Source: Octopus sinensis
Lineage: Eukaryota
Reading direction: 5' to 3'
DNA: 64,000 bases
NCBI RefSeq assembly: GCF_006345805.1
Contig: NC_043006.1
Location: forward strand, 78,926,001-78,990,000
Positions 1 to 12,600 of the stretch are shown one piece after another. The number at the start of each line of letters is the position of its first letter. Position 1 is the stretch's first letter. Position numbers and translations under genes: made by a program. A model generated the notes under the pieces. That model saw only the letters and a program-made list of their open reading frames with translations. It did not search any database and was not told the origin of the DNA.

Positions 1-737
1 ATTATGATATCAAACAGTATCTTTAAATCATTATAGCACTGGCCAATCCACTTCTGCCATTGATTTCAACCGGTAATGACATCAGAAACATCATTGAATC
101 ATCATTAAAACATTGACCAATCAGCTTTCGTAATTTCTATCGATGGTGGAGCAGTCAGCCTCATTAAATCTTCGTCTTTTGCTTTTATCGTAAACTCTCC
201 CTATATATACACACACACACACACATATATATATGTGTGTGTGTGTGTGTGCGTGTGTGTGTGTGTGTGTGTAAATACATGTATTTTAAGATTTCACTTA
301 GTCGAGGCGATATTAATAACCTGGTGTTAAAACGCGGTGTACATATACTTCAGAATGATGCATCAGTCGAGTACAGAGGGGTAATATGAAGTTTAAGAAA
401 TGACAAGGGAACAGAAATTGCGCTATCAAATGCGTTAGCTTACAGCTGTTTCTGCTATAAAATGCAGTGCATTCAGAGGTCAATGCGTGCGCATCATCTT
501 ATAGCTTCTAAAAGTAACACTCACACATACATACATGCATACAGACAGACAGGCATACGGACGGACGACGGAGATATGGACTGATGGATTGTATACTTTA
601 TACACAAGAAGGTGACTAACTCTAAAATTAATACGTGAGATTCAGTCCGTTTCATGTTAATAATATTTTTGGTTTTCTATTAAATTTTCATGGATTATTT
701 TCCTCGCTAAACTAAAAAGACCCTTATATTATTTCAG

Positions 738-929
738 GAGTTATGTGTGAGGATCCATTTTTCCCAGTAAATGGAAAAGTCACAGTGAACACCTATGCCA
801 TAGGAGGGAATGCGTCATACAAATGCAATGAAGATGGCTATCAGCCATTTCCAAACTCCATTCGAACTTGTGTAGAAAATAACAACAAAAACGGACTGAT
901 ATGGTCAGGAGAAATCCCAAAATGTCTTG
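738..929 (+). CDS. Exon 1 (in window): Sushi/CCP domain
   Basis: tttcag|GA GTT ATG TGT...TGT CTT G|gtaagt; [10 protein letters not shown]...YKC...RTC...WSGEIPKC; phase 1-1, 192 nt. Confidence 0.93.
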
Positions 930-2975
930 GTAAGTACATACATACAAGACTGACACGCCTTCGTCTTATTTCTGCATTGTTTCGTAGTCTCAGTTATTTG
1001 AAACTGAAAACTTATTCGTCTTCTTCAATGCGTAACTGTGCTAATTCTAGTATTCGCCATGATAGATCGTTAGCTACTTCACGCATTTTTTTCTCTCCTT
1101 GTTTCTCTCTTTGCTTTTTCTGTGTCTCTTTCTGTAGAAGAGCGTAGGCTCGAAATGTAAAAGACTTTTCTATTCTTGAGCGTTATACTAATACATCTCT
1201 TTGTTTTGTACACCACCTGTCTTCGTCTTTTGTTGTTGTTTTTTTCGTAAACGCTGAAAAGGGCATTTATGCGTTCCCAGAGAATATTACCCTCAGGGGT
1301 GCTAGTGTTGTTATATTCGTGAATAAGTCTCTAACCGAAATATGTAGACCTATTGTTTAGGAAAATACTATTTACTTGTTTAAGGGTTGTACTGGATAAA
1401 TTGTGAAAATAACTCTAACAGTTCAAATACTAAGAAATAAGCATATTCAATTTCATTTTTACCAAATAATTTAGGGAAATGGATGGGTTATTTCCCTTGG
1501 CTATATATAAGGATCGTTTCCAGAGGTGAATGGGTTATTTCCCTTTGGTTTTTTAAATAAAATATATTAGATATATAAGAATCCCTTCTAGGGGCCCTAT
1601 TATCGATTTTTTTTTCAGCAATTTGAGTATGCCATGTGGTTTCCAGACATGAGTTCTAGTCATGTGTCAAGTTTCATCAAAATCGATAAAACTATGTAGA
1701 AGGAGCTAGTTAAAAACTCCACACAGACAGAATTTCCCACATATGTAGTAGATAAATGCATAAATATGACCGAAGGTCTTATAACACCTACACTGCTAAA
1801 AATAAGAGCTAAAGGGCTGTATTGTTGCTCTCAACGCACATATAATTGTGTACATACATGCCGACAGCGAACCTAGATGGCCGGAAATTGACGACTATGA
1901 TATCCCTTTGCCGTACAGTTTCAGATTTAGGCCGAAGCATCGTCAGAAGTCGGTACAGTTCACCAGTTACCAGACAGCCTTGCAATGAGGATACATGATT
2001 ACTCCACAGAAATTTATGGATGATTTAGCGAAGTGCTAATGTATATACCAGTAATTAAGTGAGGCAGCTAGTTAGCAGAATGTCACGAAAAAGGAAAACA
2101 ATAAGTGTCATTGAATATGACTAAGGGTGTTAGAACAACTACACTGTCAAAAATAAGGGCTCTGTTGCTGCTGTCAACGCACATATAATTGTATACATAC
2201 ATGGTACCAAGTAGTGGGACTGAACAGCGGACTGAAGTCAGTCAGAAAGAAAAATAAAAGCATATATCTGATGTTTTTATCGTTGTCGTCGTTATCGTTG
2301 TTATTGTTATGTTGTTCCAAGTCAGCCGTGATACTAGCATTTGTTCCATTTATTAAGACAATAGGAAGGATTTGGATGGAGATTTAACTGTTGCTTCTGG
2401 AAGGTCGAATAACGGCGTAGAGATTCCTTCTCTTACTGGTATAAGTGTATTACATATGTTTCTGTGTTTGTAAATGTATTTATTGAGAATATGTTATATA
2501 GACAGATATTTTATATTATTTTTAGATGTTAAAAAGCCAGTTTTGATTCCTGGTACGTGTACTGACTCAGTAACTGTCAAACTGTACAGTTTGTTCAATC
2601 TGACACAGCCCGAATTCACAGATAACTCTGGCAAAGTTCGCATCACAGTTCAACCAGACTACATTAGCGAAGATTTTGTCATCAACAATAACATCACAAT
2701 AGAATACACAGCAACTGATGATGCTGGAAACAACGAGACATGCTCAACTTCTGTTATCGTCGAAGGTAAGAACAAGCCACTTCTTATTACATTTGTAGAT
2801 TGGAAGAATCGTTAGAGCGTCGCCAAAGAATGATTTGTGGATATTCGTTATTTCTTCAAATCCCGCCGAAATCACCTTTGCCTTTAAACTTTTCGGAGGT
2901 CGGTAAAATAAATTGCCAGCCAAGTACTCTACTAACACTTTCTTTCAAAACTGCAGGTCTTGTGCCTAAATCAAA

Positions 2976-3015
<40 letters not shown>

Positions 3016-3431
3016 ATGTGTACGTGTGTGTCCTAACGTTTAATATTTGCGGCGGGGTATACNNNNNNNNNNNNNNNNNNNNNNNNNNNNNNNNNNNNNN
3101 NNNNNNNNNNNNNNNNNNNNNNNNNNNNNNNNNNNNNNNNNNNNNNNNNNNNNNNNNNNNNNTGTTATGTGGCAATTATGCAGCAAAGGACACATGCACA
3201 CATTGTACACAAGCACACAAACATATATTGTAGAAAGAAAGAAAGAGAGAAAGAAAAAGAGACAGAAAGAGAAAGAAAGCAAGGAAGCAAATAAGAAAGC
3301 AAGCAAGAAAGAAAGAAAGAGAAAAAGAGAGAGACAGAAAGAAAAGAAGAAAGGAAGAAAGAAAGAGAGAGAGAGAGAAAGAGAGGAAGGAAGGAAGGAA
3401 GGAAGGAAGGAAGAAAGAAAGAGAGGAAGAG

Positions 3432-3462
<31 letters not shown>

Positions 3463-3472
3463 AGGGAAGAAA

Positions 3473-3514
<42 letters not shown>

Positions 3515-3598
3515 AGGAGAGAGAGAGGAAGGAAGGAAGGGAGAGAGGAAGGAAGAAAGAAAGAAAGAGAGGAAGGAAGAAAGAAAGAGAGGAAGGAA

Positions 3599-3632
<34 letters not shown>

Positions 3633-5669
3633 GAGTAACGGAGGAAGAGTGAGAAAGAGAGAGAGAGAGAGAGATGAAGAGAGATAGAGGAAGGAAGAGA
3701 GAGAGAAGAAGAAAGAAAGATAGAGAGAAGAAGAAAGAAAGAAGCAAAGAAAGAGAGAGAAAGAGAGAGAGGAAAAAAGAAAGAGAGAGAGAGGAAGGAA
3801 GGGAGATAGGAAATAACAGTTGCTACTCACGGACAATTATCGTGTTACCTAGTATTATTGAACTAAATTATTGTTTTTCATTCCAGGATAATTGGATAAG
3901 TTTTCATTCCAGGATAATCCAGACATTTAAATGTTTGGATTTTTTTTTAAACAAATATTTTCCTGTATTGCTTTCTTTTATTCTTTATTATCCATATTGG
4001 TGTATAACACACTCCAGGTCAGTCCCTGATAAAGCCGATCCATGACCCATAACATTCCTGTCGTGGCCTTCGCATCATCTTATGCTTTGCTCATATCTAA
4101 TGCACTCAGTAATGCAACATCAAATCTAACTTTTCTTTTAATTCAATAGAATATGATTTGAGGGAGCTATGACTGTTATTACTAACTAGTTGGGGGAGTA
4201 ACCGCTGATAGTAACTCCATAAATTTTGTGCAGAGGTCGATGGAATCGATAGAACAAAGTGCTAGAAATTAACTGGTACTCCGTCAGTTACGACGTCGAT
4301 GGTTCTAGTTGATCTGATCAAAAGAACAGCCTGCTCGTGAAATTAACGGGCTAGTGGTTGAGCAGTCCACAGACACATGTATGCTTTGTGTAGTTTTCTG
4401 GGAGATTCAACCTGACACAGAATGTGACAAGGCTGGCCCTTTGAATTACAGATACTACTCATTTTTGCTATCTGGGTGGACTGGAGCAACGTTAAATAAA
4501 GTGTCTTGCTCAAGGACATAAAACACCGCCGTATATCAAACTCACGATTTTACAATATCCTAATCACTTAGCCACGTACCCTCACGCCAGCAATTAAAAT
4601 ACTCGGATATCGACTGATATAATAGTCAACTAACACTGCTCACCACCACCAAATGTCACTTGTGATAGAAACAATTATTTCGGATCTTTTCGGTTTGACC
4701 GGAATTTTTTTCTAGCGGTGTCATATGAAATTGTCACCCATTATTATGATCCTAGTCTCAATCTATTGCATTTCAATCTGTTTTAGGGTTAGGGTTAGGG
4801 GTGGGGGGAAGGGTATCTTTTTTTCTTCAGAAATGTATATAACCCCAATCTATTTCTTTATCGAGGGACATATTCATACGGCACAAAATGTTTTCACCTC
4901 AATAGACGTCATTGATTGGCTGAAATTGCAGAAATTGAAGAAAAGAAACAACAAATATCTTGCAAACTATAGAATTTTCTCAATAAAGTCAAGAGAAAAA
5001 GATGTTTTATAAACACAATTCTACCAGTATACGAAGTTTAAAAGTGTTTAGTTACGTGGAAATTATTTTAAAAAACTGCCGGTCAAACCGAAAAGATCCA
5101 TTATTTCTTGTTGCTTTCAATATAAATTAAATTGATACCCACGAAATATATTTCGATTTTTTCTTTTCAGTCATAAACGAGAGAGCGCAATACAGGGGAG
5201 ATATTGTCTTCACTTTTGAACCTGTGAATAAAAATGCTACCATCACGCAGACGTGTATTGATCAATACCGCGAATCTACATTACAGAAACTCAAAGACAG
5301 TACTCAAGACCTATGTGCTTTGGTGGCAGGAAAACCAAAGCCTGAAATTATGGAAAATACATTTGTCGCAAAACTTGAAGGATCACAGGTTATGTGAATT
5401 ATGAATTTCATACTTTACACTGAATAAATGTATTTTTAAGAGAATTGGAATTGTAAAAAATATCGGAGTGCCGAGACAAATATCTTTTAAAATTTAGTCA
5501 CCTCTTTCTAGGAGGGGCTCTGTGGTAAGTAGCTTGCTTACCAACCACATGGTTCCGGGTTCAGTCCCACTGTGTGGCACCTTGCCCAAGTGTCTTCTAC
5601 TATAGCCTGGGGTCGAGAAATGCCTTGTGAGTGGATTTGGTAGACGGAAACTGAAAGAAGTCCGTTGTA

Positions 5670-5765
<96 letters not shown>

Positions 5766-6498
5766 GATGTGTATGTGTGTATTTGTGTGCCTGTGCCCCC
5801 TACCACCACCAGCATCGCTTGACAACCGATGCTGGTGTGTTTACGTCCACGTAACTTAGGGGTTCGGCAAAAGATCCCGATAGAATAAGTACTAGGCTTA
5901 CAAAGAATAAGTCCTGGGGACGATTTGCTCAACTAAAGGCGGTGCTCCAGCATGATCACAGTCAAATGACTGAAACAAATAAAAGAATAAAAGAAAACCC
6001 TACTTTGGTTGATTGATACTTCTTCGAGGAGGAAGGGAATGGATGGCATAACAAAATCAGTACTAGTGAAGTACTGAGACTAATTGAATTGATTGTATTC
6101 CCTCCTCCCAAATTTTCGGCCTTGTTCCAATATTAGAAAGTATTACTAAATCTTCTATATCAATATGAAAATGTAAGTTTGACTGATCGCATCACAGAAC
6201 CATAATACAAATGTTTTGTTGTATTTGTTCCGGTTCTTTACGATCCGATTTCAAATCCCGTTGGTGCCGACTTCGCCTTTCGTCTCTCCAGAGTCGATAA
6301 CAATAATATAACAATCATATGCAAGGATCGATATATTCTACTAACTTCCTCTTACCCAAAACTTTCAGAAACTGCATGGTTGACTTTACCTTTCAACCTT
6401 TCAGGGTCGATAAACTAAGTGCCAGTTATGTACTAGGGTCGATGTAATCGACTTTACCCTTCTCCCAAATTTCAGGCCTTGTGCGCATAATAGAAAGG

Positions 6499-6568
<70 letters not shown>

Positions 6569-8848
6569 CTTTCATCATTTTGGGGTCGATAAATTAAGTT
6601 TCAAGCCTTGAGCCTATAGTAGAAAGCATTGTTGTTGTTGTTGTTGTTGTTGTTTTAATTCTCAGTGCTCGATCTTGTTTGCTCTGGTAGATTCTGTACG
6701 AGGGGACAGCACCCCGTTGTCAGAGGTCTCAGAGGGTCTCTTTCCAGACATTACAAGCTTTCATTGGTTTACTTTGGTTGCTATTTATCGTGGGAAACAT
6801 TCAACATTCAAGTACTAATCTCAAAATCTTAGCTGTCCCCAGCAGCGCAATATTTTGGGCTTGCTCTGCTTTTATATCAACTCCGATTTTCTGACATATT
6901 TCTCGAACTTAGTTGTTAGTGCTCCGAGTGTTCCTATAACTACTGGAATGACAGACACTTTCTTCATAGTACACATTCTTGCGATTTCTTTTAGTAGTCT
7001 GTATTTTTCAATCTTTTCTAGTTCTCCAAGGCTGTTCCGCAGCTCATCTCATTGACAGAGCTGCAGTCATGGGTCCAACGTAGGCCAAAGCCGGGTTTTT
7101 GGCATCTAGAATATTGCCAGACGCTCACTGCATTGTACCAGCTGCTAAAAACCGTTAGCGAAAAAACAACCAAATATTTCTGTAGAGGACTAGTTGAGGG
7201 TGTGATTGAGGATGGCCTAGGATCGAATCTAAGCATTAATGCGAACAGTCAGAGTAGTCTCTTCCAGCGGTCCTTCGGGTCGAAGATCATGAACATTTTC
7301 CATAAGTCTTTGGCTTGCAATGCTACAGAGGGGTATTACTCGTTCGAGACAAGCTCTTCAGGCATGGAAGTGCCAACAGCCTAATCTGCCCGAGATGCTT
7401 GCAAGGGGACAAAACCGTCCTGCATGCAATAATTCAGTGTCTGTGCATTAGAGAGTCGTAGGGTTGTATGGAGCAACTGTTGTCACGTGTAAGACGAATT
7501 CAGCTGTCTGCCGAGTGTATAGTGAAGATCGATGCACTGCCTTCCCTTAGCAGAGAAGAAAGGCAGGTATTTCCCTACTTAGAGGCTGTGGCAGAAGAGG
7601 CTGTGTGGTGGACCCGTCTGAAAGGTTTGAAGATAGGCACATTCCTATCTGGTCAAGCCATCATGAATTTCTTCAAATAGCATTTGAAGAGGAAGATGTG
7701 GGTAGAGAGGGAGGTGCTGCCTTCTGGTGTGTTTATCAAAAGGTGGCCGACAGTGGCAAGACAGGTGAGACTGAATGGACTTCCACTGAATATGATTTTT
7801 TAATCAGGAGGAAAGAAACTGGATAAGGTCACTTTCCTAAACCTTGGAGATGGCAGAGTAATCCGGGATTTTTGTGGGGGTTTATTCCGGGTTACCTGAA
7901 ATGGACCGCCTCCCTATTTGGAATTCGATTTATTTATTTATTATTTATCTCTTTTCTATTATATATCCTCTGTTATATTCTTTAATGTGGAAGAATCTCA
8001 CCTTGATTGATGTTAAACCCACATATTTTTGTTTTTGTAATTTTTTGTGCTGTAGCTTGTCCCGTATTGTTCTCCATGTAATCGTTATAATTATCATTAT
8101 CATTATTATTGAGTGAGAGGGAAGCGCATACCATCAAAGTGGCACTGGAGTACAAATATACGAAACCCAATATACCCATATGACGACTCGTCTAAGGGTA
8201 CATCAGGCATATGCATCACAACCATATGTGCACGACATGGTGGTCTCATATCAAGATAAACAGTGTATGGCCTTGCAGGTGGGGCCCAGTTAGAATTTTC
8301 TTCCGATCAAGTAGCCCATCCCGCACAAAAGTTCCCTTAATAAAGTTTGTCTGAGTATGATGAATAAAATACCAATGTTTCCAAAGGTGAATTATTCAAA
8401 TCCCAAAGAATTCCTCTCAACACATGACTATGATGCTCCCCAACTACGTTTGCTCGAGATCAGAGATGCATTTATTGTCAGCCACAAAGAGACATGTTCA
8501 ACTGGTTAAAGGTCAAACATCTGTCAAGTAAATCTGTGGTGCTGAGCAGAATATTTTAACTGTAGCCCTTCTTTTATACCAAGACAATACAATGTACATG
8601 ATAACACTTTCAATCAGTTAAGATCAGAAGCCATGAGAACCACTGCCTAGTACTACATCAGGGCATACCCCCACCCACCACTTCTATTTTTTTACTTTTG
8701 TATGCTATGCATATGTCTCTTCTTTTCCAGTGTCTCCATTGAATACTTTCTTTCTTTTATCATTTCATTATTATATGTATACGCCCACACTTTGTGCCTA
8801 TCTCTATAGTGTTCCTCTTATCCTGCGCCTTTGTGGTCAATAAATGAA

Positions 8849-8905
<57 letters not shown>

Positions 8906-9073
8906 TTCATGCGAGGTCGACTTTGCTTTTCATCCTTCGGGATCGATGAAATAAGTACCAGTTTCGCACAGGGGTCATTGTAATTGACTATTCCCCTTTT
9001 GGATAGGCTTGGTTGGTTTCGTTGTTTGTGGCCCTTTAGAGACTCAGATCCGAAAAGAAAATATTCATATATG

Positions 9074-9114
<41 letters not shown>

Positions 9115-9615
9115 CAATCATACCTTGATACTCTGTGGTCTAAGATCCCCGTTGACAGGCCGCTGGTAGTTTTAGAGTGTTAAATACTTTGGGTATGCAA
9201 ATTAGGGACTTCTTCATAGAGTAACTGCTGCGTTTATTGAGTATATAAACAGTTTGCTCGTTTCTCTGGAGAATGAGGTAGACGCCTCTGATGAGAACCC
9301 AATAAGGTTCGGATATTGATTATGGTTGTTCATTTTTTTTCAGTTTGCGGAGAAATGATTGAAGTTTGGCTTGGTTATAATTATACCATATGTTATATAT
9401 ATATGTGTGTGTCTGTGTGTGTTTGTCTGTGTGTGTGTGTTTGTCTGTATGTGTGTCTGTGTCTGAATTTGTCCCACTCCCCATCACGGTTTACAACCAG
9501 TGTTTACGTCCCCGTAAATTAGCGGTTCGCCAAATGGTTTTGATAAAATCTTTTAAGGCGGGGCACCTGCATGGCCACAATCAAATGACTGAAACAAATA
9601 AAAGAATGTGTGTGT

Positions 9616-9658
<43 letters not shown>

Positions 9659-12600
9659 GTGTGTGTAATTAGGGTTAACCGCAGCTGTTTCCTCTTGAAA
9701 TTGCTATTACAAAATATTTTTTCAGTGTCTGACTAATATTCTTTTTATTTGCTCTTTTTTTTCAGGTCGTGATATCTTCTACTTTGAGAATAAGCAATAC
9801 TACAGACTTAGCCGATGACAAGCAGCAAACGTGTCTCACCAACTTTATAAAGTACGCTAACGACAAGGATATGGCATATAGTATAGCGATTAATATTTCT
9901 AACAGTGCTGCCTGTGGAGATGCAAAACGGGAGGGATCAAATATAACTCTATATACCTATTGCCATGACGGGAAAATTCCGATCGACCTGCGAGGAGGAA
10001 ACACCCACTGCGGTATGTAGTCTACATTTATTTTATTTCTCGTTTTTGTTCGCTAGTGGTGCTCACTTTAAGGGTAGGTAACTCCCATCTTTTATATTGG
10101 TTAGTGTCTTATTTTTGTATAGTTAGAACCATTATGCTTATCATTTTTCTGATGTAAACTTAACAAATTTGGTTGAATACCTGTAAAATACAACTTAGCT
10201 GTTGCTTCATTGACACAAACATAGAGTAGAAATTCCCAGTTCAAGGTCTTTGCATTCCTTGGGTGGAGCGTGAGAATGGCATTTCAAAAAGCGCAACAAA
10301 GACGGAAAATATAGATGTAACCAAAATATGTGTAACAATTCTTTCTTTTTTTTTTTGTGCATGTTATTTCGTATTTGTTTCTATCTAGAAATCAAAGGAA
10401 ATTACGAGTATTCTCTTCAAACTTCGTTTTTGTGATCTGGACATCGATGTTTTGAAACATACCTATTTTTCCTTACATTTCAACCAGATTCAGCGCTGAC
10501 GCAGAAATATCGTTATAGCAAATATTCTGCTCAATACCACAGCCTTGCTTGTCAGTTGCTTGACCTTAAGCACTTGAGCATGACTCCATGCCAATCAGTC
10601 AAACAGCCTTTTTGTCGGATGCGATCCAATCTTTCCGTGGAATCCACAGCAGTAATACTCTCCAAGGTGAAGAAGCAGGATCTCGTTGTCTTTGTTGTTC
10701 CCACTCTTGAAGAGTTTTATGATCAAGGCTGACCAGCGTCGCATTCTTTTTGTCTTTTATCTCAAAGAGGTCACTAAAATATTTACCAGTTGTCTGTATC
10801 TTCTAGACTGAATAGCTGCTAATATGCGGCTGATCGTTTCTAAAATTACATACGGAAAATAACGAGCTTCAATTCTGATACCCTCAGGCATCCAATAATC
10901 AAATACTTCTGAAGAGGATAAAAAGCTAGTTTATTGCAGACATATCTTTATGGAGGCTAAAGTACTTTCTCTCAAAGTTAGTCAACTTTGATATACAAAA
11001 TAGTGTCGTGTCCAACGGAGACAATTTAATACTTCAGTGAACCTTTAACGCATGAGCCGTCAATTAACTGGTTGCCCAAAACCCAGTGATGAAGTCTCTA
11101 CATGTTTACACAACAGGCGAGAAATAGTAGCCATAGTCTCCCTCATATCACAGTGTGCCGTCTGAAAATAAGGAAGGAACATATTGGAATAATTTAGTAA
11201 GTCCTGCTTCACCTTGCCTTGAGCCTTCAATCACTTGGAGTTGTAGGTGTGCCACCATAATATACGATGTCTTTGATATCTCAAACTTAGAAAGCCCATC
11301 TCTTGTCTTATGTGGCTACAGTTAATTTCTTGTAGAAAGGAATAGAGAGATGAGGAGAAAAAGAAAAGAAGAAAAGGATCGCCCCATCACCACCACAACT
11401 GGCCAGCTGCTTTATTTGTTGACTCTGAAAAGATGAAAGAAAAAACTGACCTTGGTGAGGCTGCAGAGAGCCGGAATATTCACCACATAATGATCTTTCC
11501 GATACTTTAACGACTCTGCCAGTTGACCGCTAGTACGTCCAGCACACTCATCCTGAAAAAATAAAAGATGGTTATATGGTCAAAGCTGAAATGTTTTTCG
11601 CCATAAGTCTACGTAATAAGAATTGTATTGTTGCTAAAAAAATAACAATAAATGTTATTCAAATATCATTTGAGTTTACATCTAGAATGCCTAGAATGAA
11701 ATACGAAGCATGAATTGACATCATCGGTTATACTGAATATTTCCAGAAGTATTACACTTCGGAAGATTAATAACCAAACAAGGGATTTAAATGTTAATAC
11801 GATCTCATAGTTGTAGAATTTAGCTTAGTTTTAAACATTATATTTATTTTAATGGCTTTTATCTATTTTATATTGCAATTTGTGAAAAACTACATCTTTG
11901 GCTTCAGTTTCGTTGGCCAGTCGCTGCTTCCTTGCATTTGTGATGGCAAAATTCGTCAAAGAAGAATCTGTTTTTCAATGCCAACCAATATTTGTGAAAG
12001 ATCTTGTACGCAAAGCCCCGTTATTTCCGACGGGTTTTTTTCCTCGAGGTTTAAATATTTCCAGAAAAAAATAGGGGCTTCCAATGCAAGAATCATTTTA
12101 AAATTAAATATTTTCGCTTTATTTGCAGTTTTCATGGATTTATTTCCTTCAATATTGATTTTTAAAAATGTTAATATGAAATTAATATTAAGCTGCAAGT
12201 GTTGTGTAATAAATTATGTTGCAGACAAAACTACATTTTTCTTATTTTTTGTTAGGGAACATGGGGCAATGAGTTGGTAAAGGAGGCGGTAGTATAAGTA
12301 TTGCAGAAAAAAAGGCTAAAATGTAAAAGACAAATGTACGCTGCTCCCTTCACTTATAGCGATTGCTTTTACTTCTACCTACTCTCTATATACCATTGAT
12401 CATCTACCATGGTACCGTAAATAAAAATGCCAAGGAGTTGTCTCCCGTGCTTGCTTGACCAATCATAATGATATTTATTAATAAGTGTTATTTGGTTGAT
12501 TTGTTTTTAATGTGCACACTCTTAACATCGCAAGACTCTTTTAATTATGGTTAATAAACCCTTTAGTTAATAATCCAACAATTTAAAGTTTGTGACTTTT

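Noticed and set aside
3040-4045. Long K/E/R-rich and F/L/S-rich ORFs
   Set aside because: Translation of the purine-rich low-complexity tract, partly across the N gap; no splice or domain support.
4785-4810. Interstitial telomere
   Set aside because: Only about three TTAGGG units, inside a TIR/TSD-bounded MITE; no chromosome-fusion signature.
11852-12280. 142-aa plus ORF and 80-aa minus ORF
   Set aside because: No recognisable domain or splice support; possibly a decayed transposon but not assignable.
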